From a virus, in the IMG/VR virus record IMGVR_UViG_3300025117_000050, positions 32,702-96,701 of that record: a DNA stretch of 64,000 nucleotides. One strand, given 5' to 3'. Below the pieces are notes generated by a model, which had not been told where the DNA came from, made no database searches, and was given only the letters and a program-made list of their open reading frames with translations. Shown here piece by piece: positions 41,491-50,424 of the stretch (its first letter is position 1; each line of letters starts with the position of its first letter). A program made the translations under genes and the position numbers.

Positions 41491-43666
41491 CAGAATATGT
41501 CCAAATCACAGATTGGTAATGAAAGGTAGATAATATTGAAAAATTATATATTATGGCAATATCATAAAAAAGAAGATGGAACAGTAATTCAAACACCAGT
41601 AGAAATAAATTCTGAAGATAAAAAATCATGCCCTAAATGTAATACATATTTTTTAATTGAAGAAAAAAATATAATGCGTTGTGCAGGTTGTTTTTATATA
41701 ACCTGTTATATATCTAATAATGATAATAAATGTGAAAAAATAGATAAAATTAAAAATTGTTTTCATATCCCTATTGAATTAGTAGAAGAAAATAAAAATT
41801 GGTTTGAAGTAAAATATGAATTAAATAGTGCTAAAGAAATCAATATATTAAAATATAAAATAAATAATATATTAAATAATTATAAATGAAAGATTTTATT
41901 AAAACATTAAAGAAAAAGGAGAAATTATGGATAAAGAGTACATGAAGTTTCTAAATTTCAGGACAGAATTAATTGAGTTATTAGATAAGTATAGGTATGA
42001 AATATCAGGTACAGGTTATGAAGATGGTTCAATGAACATAGAAAATAAAAATGGTGTTGCTTATATGCTAAAAGATGTTTATTCAGATTATAGAGCATTA
42101 GATTCTGATTGGAATGAATTATCCACAGATTATATATTAAATATGTTTTCAGAAGATAATACATCACCTATTGAAAATAATAATATTGGAATATTCACTA
42201 ATAATTATAATAAAGCATATGCATTATTTAATGATTTACATAATAAGAATAAAGATAATGTAGAAAGATTTAGACAAAGTAAAGAAGAAATGAATTTATT
42301 ATTAAAAGATGGCAGATATTTTGTATGGATTAAACTAAGAGATTCTTCAAGAGGTCATAGATGTTCAAAAGTAGTTTATATTGATAGAAATTTAACCTTA
42401 AATGAGTTACAATATTACATTAAACCTATTTGTTGTTATTGTAGAAGGGAAGATATAAGAGTATTTTAATAAAAGGAGAACATAAATTATGGAAAATGAT
42501 AAGATATTAGAAAGAATAGATAATACATATCAAACTAACTTAGAACATATTGAAAAAGTATTATTAAATGTTGGAATTAATATAAGAAAAGATAAATATG
42601 AATTAAAATCATTATCAGAAGTACTTGAAGAAATATCTACGAAATGGGATGAATTATCTACAGAAGAAAATAAATTTATTAATAAATGGATTTGTATGAG
42701 TATAGCAGGTATAAAAGATGAGAATTATTTAAGAGTATTAATTGATAAAACAAGTAAAGGAGATAACTTATGGAAATCAAAAACAAACAAGATAAACAAA
42801 AATATTTAGATTATCATATCAAAGAAAAAGATATTGGTTGTTATGCACTTGTAACTTATAATAATTATACTAAAGCTATTTATTTAGCTAATTTAGGAAA
42901 ATCAAATATTAAAGGTGATAATTGGTATTTAGAATATCCTTGTGAATTAAGAGAATTTATTTTAAATAATAAAAAGGATTTAAAATATCTTAAAGAACAA
43001 GGATATATTATTAAAAATGGAAAGGTATATGAAATTTATAATACACAAACTGCACCATTTTTACCAGATATGTTGGATGATTTAACTTTGATTTCTGAAG
43101 AATATTGTTTAGAATGGATGTTAGAGAATAGGAAGTAAAATAATATAATTTAAAGGAGAGTATAAATTATGAATAATGAAAAACTTATGGAAGAATATTT
43201 ACAATGGAGAAAAGATACTGGTAGATTTAAGCAAGAATTAACAGATGTAATTGTAAATGATAACGGCGTAATTAAAACAGAAAAGAAAATGTCATGGGTT
43301 GTAAAGACTTCACCTGATGATTGGAGAGAATTTTGTAGGGATAGAGGTATAGAGTACGAAGGTGAAATGAAATTATTGGCAATGTATTAATTGCTTTGAA
43401 ATTCCTCTTTGCTTATGATATTTTTAAAGAAAGGAATGATAGTTATGTGGAATGATAATGAATCTGAAGGATGTATTTATGATACAGTAGATTGTAATTA
43501 TTGTAATAGTTGCGGTAAATTATATAAAATAAGATGTAAACAATTTGGTAATTTAGATGGTATGAATGGTTCATGGTGTATTTGTAGTGAAGATTCACCA
43601 GAATTATTTAAAGCATGTTGGAATGAAAAATATAAAAATATTGAACCAAAAATCAAAAAATAAATC

Positions 43667-43696
43667 TTGACAGAATGATAAAATAAATGTTATAAT
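43667..43696 (+). promoter_or_regulatory. sigma-A promoter upstream of the ligase unit
   Basis: TTGACA-18 bp-TATAAT with TG. Confidence 0.7.
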
Positions 43697-44011
43697 GTTA
43701 ATAGAAAATTAATCTGTCAAGGAGGTAAAATTATGAGTGAAAATACTTTTAAAGTTTGGATTACTAAATATGCTTTAACGCAAGGAATTCTTGAAAAAGT
43801 AGCAGAAAATGCAAGTGTTGAAGGTTTAATTAATATAGTGGATAATAGATATGAAACTTATATTAATGAAGGTAAAGATTGGCATAAAACCAAAGAATCT
43901 GCAATTAAACGTGCAGAAAAAATGAGATTAAAGAAGATTGCTAATGTAGAGAAACAATTGCAAAAGTTGAAGGAAATGAAGTTTGAGTAAAAAATATAAA
44001 GGAGGTTACAT

Positions 44012-45973
44012 ATGAATAAGATTAAGAGAATTCAAGAATTGGTGAAAGAGTTAAATATTCATAGGCATAATTATTATAATCTTAATAAACCAACTATTTC
44101 GGATAAAGAGTATGATATTATATTTGATGAATTATCTAATCTTGAGAAAGAATATGATTTTGTTTTATCAAATAGTCCAACACAAACTGTAGGGTATGAA
44201 GTAATATCAAAACTACAAAAAGTAGAACATCCTATTCCACTTAAATCATTATCGAAAACTAAATCTATTGATGAAATTAATCAATGGAGAAAAAATCAAG
44301 ATATTTTAGCAATGTTAAAGGCAGATGGATTAACAAATGAAATAGTATATCAAAATGGAACACTAATTGAAGGTTCAACCAGGGGCAATTCTTTTATCGG
44401 CGAATTAATCACTCATAATTGTAAAACATATAGAAATCTACCAAAAGTAATACCATTCAAAGGATTTTTAAGATTAGCAGGAGAATCAATTATTCATAAA
44501 GATGATTTTGATAAAATTAATTCAAAGTTATCAGATGAAGATAAATATGCAACTCCAAGAAATTTAGTTTCAGGATCTTGTCGTCAGTTAAATAGTAAAA
44601 TTTGCTCACAAAGAGAAGTATATTACTATGCTTTTGGAATACTTGAATGTGATGAAGAATTATCTGATTCTAAATTTGAGCAATTTAAATGGTTAAATGA
44701 ATTAGGAATCACAACAATTAATCATATTAAAATTAACAAAGGTGAAAATATTGAACAATATGTTGATAAATTATATCAAATAGCAGAAGAAACTAACACT
44801 CCAATTGATGGATTAGTATTTAGCATGGATTCAGTTGAATACTCTAAATCATTAGGTGAAACATCTCATCATCCTCATCATAGTGTAGCTTTAAAGAGAA
44901 TTGACTTAGCAGAAACAACGCAATTAAAAGAAATTGAATGGTCTGTTGGTAGAACTGGAGTTATTACACCTGTTGCTATTTTTGATACTGTTCTTTTAGA
45001 TAATACCGAAGTATCAAGAGCAAGTCTTCATAATTTAAGTATTATTGAAGAATTAGAATTAGGGATTGGAGATTCTGTATCTATAATAAAAGCAAACCAA
45101 ATTATTCCTCAAATTGAAGAAAACTTTACAAGAAGTAATAATATAGGAATTCCTAAAGTATGTCCTGTTTGTGGTGCTATTACAATTATTGAGCAATTAA
45201 ATGAAAGTAAAGTATTATATTGTACTAATCCTAATTGTTCTGCTAAATTATTGAAAAAGTTTTCTCATTTTGTTTCAAGAGATGCAATGAATATCGAAGG
45301 ATTATCAGAGCAAACCCTAGAAAAGTTTATTAATCAAGGTTGGTTAAAAACTTTTGATGATATTTATAATTTAGATAAATATAAAAGTCAAATCATTAAA
45401 TTAGAAGGTTTTGGAAGTAGATCGTACACCAAATTAATTACTAATATTGAAAAATCTAAAAAAGTTAAAATGCAAAATTTTCTGTATGGATTAGGTATTC
45501 CTAATATTGGGAAAGGTTCAAGTAAAATCATTGCTAAATATTTTAATAATGATTGGTTTGCATTTGAAAAGGCATTATTAGATGGATTTAAATTTACTGT
45601 ATTAACTGATTTTGGTGAAGTTACTAATCAAAGTTTACATGATTGGTATAATGATGAAAATGAAAGAAAAATGTGGACTGAGTTGAGTTATATGGTTGAA
45701 TTTATAAAGGAGGAAAAGAAAATTATGATTAATACAGATAATTTCTTTAATGGGAAGAAGATTTACGCCACTGGTAGTTTTAATAACTATAAAAAAGATG
45801 AAATTAAACAATTATTGGAAAGTTTAGGTGCTACATTTGCTTCAGGTTATTCTAAATCTCTTGATTGTTTGATCGAAGGAAGTTTGAAAAGTAGTAGTAA
45901 AGTTGAAAAAGCTAAGAAAGATGGAATACAGGTCATCGGAGAAGATGAATTTATTAGAATGATTAATAATTAA
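44012..45973 (+). CDS. ligA: NAD-dependent DNA ligase
   Basis: KADG adenylation motif, TRG, PRNL, VGRTG, ASLHN, C4 zinc finger, HhH and C-terminal BRCT. Confidence 0.95.
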   Translation: MNKIKRIQELVKELNIHRHNYYNLNKPTISDKEYDIIFDELSNLEKEYDFVLSNSPTQTVGYEVISKLQKVEHPIPLKSLSKTKSIDEINQWRKNQDILAMLKADGLTNEIVYQNGTLIEGSTRGNSFIGELITHNCKTYRNLPKVIPFKGFLRLAGESIIHKDDFDKINSKLSDEDKYATPRNLVSGSCRQLNSKICSQREVYYYAFGILECDEELSDSKFEQFKWLNELGITTINHIKINKGENIEQYVDKLYQIAEETNTPIDGLVFSMDSVEYSKSLGETSHHPHHSVALKRIDLAETTQLKEIEWSVGRTGVITPVAIFDTVLLDNTEVSRASLHNLSIIEELELGIGDSVSIIKANQIIPQIEENFTRSNNIGIPKVCPVCGAITIIEQLNESKVLYCTNPNCSAKLLKKFSHFVSRDAMNIEGLSEQTLEKFINQGWLKTFDDIYNLDKYKSQIIKLEGFGSRSYTKLITNIEKSKKVKMQNFLYGLGIPNIGKGSSKIIAKYFNNDWFAFEKALLDGFKFTVLTDFGEVTNQSLHDWYNDENERKMWTELSYMVEFIKEEKKIMINTDNFFNGKKIYATGSFNNYKKDEIKQLLESLGATFASGYSKSLDCLIEGSLKSSSKVEKAKKDGIQVIGEDEFIRMINN

Positions 45974-46033
45974 GTGTTAATTAAATTTTGTTCAAGGGAA
46001 AATAAATTTTAAGAATAAATAAAATTTTCCCCC

Positions 46034-46062
46034 TTGACAGAATAAAAAAATAAATATATAAT
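46034..46062 (+). promoter_or_regulatory. Consensus sigma-A promoter of the replication operon
   Basis: TTGACA-17 bp-TATAAT. Confidence 0.8.
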
Positions 46063-46157
46063 AGTAAAGGATTAAGAAGTAAGAAATTAATCCAAAAACA
46101 AAAAATTAAATTGAAAAGGAGAAATGATTTATTTATGATTGTAAAAGGAGGAGTTTA

Positions 46158-47351
46158 TTGAGTAATAAATATACATATGATTTTGTTAAAAATTACATAG
46201 AAATTGAAAGTGATTCTGGATGTGAACTTATTTCAAAAGAATATAATGGTGTAAAAGAAAATTTAGATATTAAATGTAAATGTGGAAATGATTTTACAAC
46301 TACATTCGATTGTTTTAAAAATCAAAATAAAAGACAATGTAATACTTGTAGTGGATTCACAAATTGGGATCTAGAAAAAGTAATAAATCTATTTAAAAAA
46401 TATAATTATGAAGTTTTATTTGCAGATGAATATAAAGGCAACAAACAAAAATTTACACTAATAGACAAAGATGGTTATTTCTATTATATAAGTGTTGAAC
46501 ATTTCTTAATACATACACCTAAAAAATTTCAAAAATCTAATCCATATACAATTCAAAATATAAAATTATGGCTTAAAATAAACAATAAACAATTTGAATT
46601 ATTAAGTGAAAATTTTGAAGGTGCAATAAAAAATCTTAAATGGAAGTGTTTGAAAGAAGAATGTGGTGAGACATTTGAAATGATTTGGAGTAATATTTAT
46701 AATGTCGAACATGAATGTCCTTTTTGTACTGGTCAACAAGTAGGATTATCTAATTGTTTAGCAACAAAGAATTCTGAATTGGCAAAAGAATGGCATCCTA
46801 CTAAAAACGATTTAATTCCTTTTGATGTAACATGTGGTAGTGGAAAATATGTTTGGTGGAAGTGTAAAGAATGTGGTCATGGGTGGGGAGCAATGGTTTG
46901 TGATAGAACTAGTAAAAATAAAAGTGGTTGCCCTGAATGTAATAAATCTAAAGGTGAAAAGAAAATAGATGAAGTATTAATAAATAATAATTGGATTAAA
47001 ATATCTCAAGAAGAATTTAATAAATTAATTGATGAAGATAAATATAGTAAGAATTATTTTATTCCACAAATGAAATATAATGACTTAATTGGTCTTGGTG
47101 GTGGTTTTTTACTTTATGATCATTATATTCCTAAATTAAATCTTCTTATAGAATATGATGGAGAATTTCATTATAAACCAATCCAAAATTATAAAAATGA
47201 ACCAATGGAATACGCAGAAGAAAGATTAAGAAAACAACAAGAACATGATAGATTGAAAGATAAGTATACACAAAATAAAAATATAAATTTATTAAGAATT
47301 CCTTATTGGGAATTTGATAATATTGAAGAAATATTAAAAAAATACATTTAA
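46158..47351 (+). CDS. Probable free-standing homing endonuclease (zinc ribbons plus Vsr/DUF559-like domain)
   Basis: Repeated CxC/CxxC, EWHPTKN...WWKC, SKGEK, IEYDGEFH...HDRLKD...LLRIPYWE. Confidence 0.75.
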   Translation: MSNKYTYDFVKNYIEIESDSGCELISKEYNGVKENLDIKCKCGNDFTTTFDCFKNQNKRQCNTCSGFTNWDLEKVINLFKKYNYEVLFADEYKGNKQKFTLIDKDGYFYYISVEHFLIHTPKKFQKSNPYTIQNIKLWLKINNKQFELLSENFEGAIKNLKWKCLKEECGETFEMIWSNIYNVEHECPFCTGQQVGLSNCLATKNSELAKEWHPTKNDLIPFDVTCGSGKYVWWKCKECGHGWGAMVCDRTSKNKSGCPECNKSKGEKKIDEVLINNNWIKISQEEFNKLIDEDKYSKNYFIPQMKYNDLIGLGGGFLLYDHYIPKLNLLIEYDGEFHYKPIQNYKNEPMEYAEERLRKQQEHDRLKDKYTQNKNINLLRIPYWEFDNIEEILKKYI

Positions 47352-47368
47352 AAGGAGGAAATGTTTTT

Positions 47369-47689
47369 ATGATTAATGTAGAAAAAGTCCCGTACAAAAG
47401 TATTGAAGTAGAGGTTAAATCTGGAAAATTACAAACCATTTCTACAGGAGACAAGATTAGTTTTGTTGTAGAAGATACTGGAGTATTAAAACAAGGTACT
47501 GTAACTGGTTTTAAAGGTACGAAACCTGAAAAAGTAGAAATTGAATTTATTCCAAGTGATGGAAAGCATAAGGAAACTTGGTCAGTGATTGAGATGTTGG
47601 ATGGAAGTTTAAGATTGGTTGAAGATGAAGATAGTGAAGAAGAAGATGGAGAAGATGAAAAAGAAAATGATATTGAGAATGATGAATAG
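47369..47689 (+). CDS. Hypothetical protein with acidic tail
   Basis: 106 aa, AAAGGAGG RBS. Confidence 0.7.
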   Translation: MINVEKVPYKSIEVEVKSGKLQTISTGDKISFVVEDTGVLKQGTVTGFKGTKPEKVEIEFIPSDGKHKETWSVIEMLDGSLRLVEDEDSEEEDGEDEKENDIENDE

Positions 47690-47771
47690 GGTTTAGTGAA
47701 TAGGTTGATTAGTTACATAATAGAAATACAAAATAAATAAAATAATAAATACATAGGAGGAAATTATTTAT

Positions 47772-48701
47772 ATGAGTGACAAAATTAGAAGTTTGGTAAA
47801 TTCTGTAGTATTATCAGGAAAAGTAACAGAAGTAGAAGTAAAAAAAGGAATAAATACAAATAAATCACCAGATGTTAGAATTAAAGGTGAAATTCAATTT
47901 GGAGATACTAAAGTTCATACTAAAAAATTTGAAGTATATGCAGCAGAATTTAATAAAGATAAAAAAGAAAGTAAAACATATGATAAAGTTTTAGCATTCG
48001 CAAATACTGTTAAATCTGTTGCTAAAGTAGGAGAAGATGAAGCAACAATGGTATCTATTCAAGCAGAGTTTGGTACAAATGATTATGTAAATCAGAAAGA
48101 TAAACTTGTTGAGGGATTAAAAATTATTGCTAAATTTTTTAATGACCCCAAAGTAGGAGAAGAATTTAAAGGCGTCGCTGATATAGAAGGTTATATTCAA
48201 TCTATTATACCAGAAGTTAAAGGCGAAGAAGAAAAAGAAACAGGTAGATTGAGAGTTACTGTTATCACTACAGATTTCTTTGGCAATATTATTCCTGTTA
48301 AAAACATCATTGTACCAGCAGAATTTAGAGAAGCATTTGAAGAAGGATATCAAGAAGGTCAAACTGCTAAATTATTTATTGATTTTGTAGTTAATCAACC
48401 AGAAAGTAAACCTGTTAAAAGTGGTGGAATTGGCAAACAAAGAGTAACACAAGGCAAATCATATGTAGAAATGATACTTACTGGTGCCGATCCTGCATTT
48501 GATGAAGATGATGAAGTAATGGGTATTAGTTCAGAAGCTATTAGAATTGCATTATCAGAAAGAAAAGCAATGTTAGATGATTTAAAAGCAAAAGGATATC
48601 AAGGCGGTAAAAGTGGCGATAGTGGAAAATCAGATAATAGAAAAGGATTAGGGAATGGTAAACCAAAACCTATTGAGGAAGATGGAGATATTCCTTTTTA
48701 A
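47772..48701 (+). CDS. Putative single-stranded DNA-binding protein
   Basis: OB-like beta pattern, Gly-rich linker, C-terminal EEDGDIPF SSB tail. Confidence 0.7.
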   Translation: MSDKIRSLVNSVVLSGKVTEVEVKKGINTNKSPDVRIKGEIQFGDTKVHTKKFEVYAAEFNKDKKESKTYDKVLAFANTVKSVAKVGEDEATMVSIQAEFGTNDYVNQKDKLVEGLKIIAKFFNDPKVGEEFKGVADIEGYIQSIIPEVKGEEEKETGRLRVTVITTDFFGNIIPVKNIIVPAEFREAFEEGYQEGQTAKLFIDFVVNQPESKPVKSGGIGKQRVTQGKSYVEMILTGADPAFDEDDEVMGISSEAIRIALSERKAMLDDLKAKGYQGGKSGDSGKSDNRKGLGNGKPKPIEEDGDIPF

Positions 48702-48732
48702 ACATCAAAATTAAGAAAATTTAAAAAATAAT

Positions 48733-48773
48733 TTCTCATAGGATAAAAATATTGTTAATTATCCTATGAGAAA
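48733..48773 (+). terminator. Hairpin between SSB and ATPase genes
   Basis: TTCTCATAGGATAA / TTATCCTATGAGAA. Confidence 0.6.
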
Positions 48774-48814
48774 CAATATAAAAAATATAAAATAAAAAGG
48801 AGATTAATTATTAT

Positions 48815-49825
48815 ATGACAACAACTATGGAAATGGATTTTACACAACCAAGTATTACAGTAGTAGAAAAATCTTTAAAAGGTAAAAGTATATTTATTTA
48901 CGGCCCAAATGGAACGGGAAAAACTGCCAATTCTGTAAAATCTTCTAGACCATTCGCTATTCCTTTTGAAAATGGATTAAATGCGATTGCAGGATTACCA
49001 TATTTCAAACCTACTAAATGGGCAGATACTAAAAAAATTAGTAAGCAGTTTAAAAGACCAGAAGTAAAAGCATTATATGATACAATTTTAATTGATACAG
49101 CAGATAAAATGGGTGATATGCTTGAAAAATACATATGTAGTACATTTGGTGTGACCGATTTAAGTGAAACAGAGAATGGTGCAGGATATTTAGCAGTAAC
49201 TAAATATGTTAATGAATTTATTGATAGTTTAACAGATGAAGGATATACAGTAATAATTATCGGACATGATACTGAAAAACAAATGAAAGATGCACAGGGA
49301 AGAAAATATACTAGAAATGTTCCTAGAGGAAATAAAAGAGTTATTGCTGCTATTTGTGATGCAGTTGATATTATAGGTTACTGTCAACCAAATGGATTTA
49401 ATGAAGAAACGGGAGAAGAAGAATTATCTACAATCTATCTAAAAGACGGAAAATATTTTAAAGCAAGGTCAAGATGGATTAATATACAAAATTCTATTAC
49501 TCCTTTTACCATGAAAGGGATAGAAAAAGCACTTGTAGATGCCATTGCTAAAGGCGAAGAAGAAGACGGTAGTGAATTTTATGTTGATAAAAAAGCACCC
49601 ACTCCTTCTACTACAATAATGACTTTTGAAGAATTATTAGAAGAGATAAAAGAGACAGCAAAACAAATTAAAGAAATAACTGATGAATATACTATTTATA
49701 CTACAGCAGTTGAAAAAAGATTAGGAGAAGGTATGAAAGTTAGTGATTGTACTGGAAAACATCAAGAAGTATTAGAGGAATTATTAGAAGAATTAAAAGA
49801 AAAAGTATTAGAACTACAAAAGTAA
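48815..49825 (+). CDS. AAA_24 / Sak4-like P-loop ATPase
   Basis: YGPNGTGKT, FENG, LIDTAD, IIGH, DIIGY. Confidence 0.8.
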   Translation: MTTTMEMDFTQPSITVVEKSLKGKSIFIYGPNGTGKTANSVKSSRPFAIPFENGLNAIAGLPYFKPTKWADTKKISKQFKRPEVKALYDTILIDTADKMGDMLEKYICSTFGVTDLSETENGAGYLAVTKYVNEFIDSLTDEGYTVIIIGHDTEKQMKDAQGRKYTRNVPRGNKRVIAAICDAVDIIGYCQPNGFNEETGEEELSTIYLKDGKYFKARSRWINIQNSITPFTMKGIEKALVDAIAKGEEEDGSEFYVDKKAPTPSTTIMTFEELLEEIKETAKQIKEITDEYTIYTTAVEKRLGEGMKVSDCTGKHQEVLEELLEELKEKVLELQK

Positions 49826-49842
49826 AAATATAAAGGTAAATT

Positions 49843-49871
49843 GTAGAGAGGGCTAATCATATCCTCTCTAC
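49843..49871 (+). terminator. Hairpin after the ATPase gene
   Basis: GTAGAGAGG ... CCTCTCTAC followed by a T-rich tract. Confidence 0.6.
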
Positions 49872-49900
49872 TTTATACTATTGATGAATTAGGTGATATT

Positions 49901-50401
49901 ATGAAAAATGAAAGGAAAGTTAAATGTCCAGTATGTGAATCTTATAATCATAAAGAAGAAACTATATATTATCAAAAAAGATATTATTGTAAAATTTGTT
50001 ATGAAAATAAAATAAAAGAATCTGATGATTATAAAAATTTAATTCAATATATTTGCGAACTTTATGAAATTGATGCTCCTACAGGTTTTATGCTTACACA
50101 AATAAAAAATTTTAAAGAGCAATATAATTATACATATAAAGGAATGGAATTAACTATAGATTATTTTTATAATGTAAAAACAAATAATACTCCAGAGGTA
50201 GATAGGGGATTGGGTATTATTCCTTACATCTATGAAGAAGCGAAAAAGTATTTTATAGAGACAAGAGATATAAAAAAGAATTTAGAAGGTGTTAATATTC
50301 AAGATATTATTAATAATATTAATATTATATCTATTAAAAACTCAGATAGAAAGAAAGAAAATTATAAAAATATTGCAATAATTAATATTAATGAAATTTA
50401 A
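49901..50401 (+). CDS. Zinc-finger protein upstream of the helicase (SPbeta YorH-like)
   Basis: CPVC...CKIC; GLGIIPYIYEEAKKYF; synteny. Confidence 0.6.
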   Translation: MKNERKVKCPVCESYNHKEETIYYQKRYYCKICYENKIKESDDYKNLIQYICELYEIDAPTGFMLTQIKNFKEQYNYTYKGMELTIDYFYNVKTNNTPEVDRGLGIIPYIYEEAKKYFIETRDIKKNLEGVNIQDIINNINIISIKNSDRKKENYKNIAIININEI

Positions 50402-50424
50402 AGTTTCTATTATGGAGGTTTTTC

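Larger units (their letters stand above)
1341..43418 (+). repeat. Dispersed intergenic site AAA-N6-TTTKRT-NNYRA
   Basis: Copies starting at 1341, 3100, 4765, 5087, 17097, 19477, 27194, 29564, 34855, 37952, 41096, 41503 and 43399; weaker at 891 and 20664. Confidence 0.6.
40740..43990 (+). other. Array of small hypothetical CDS (40740, 41184, 41536, 41927, 42489, 42770, 43169, ~43446, 43733)
   Basis: ORF track with RBSs. Confidence 0.65.
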
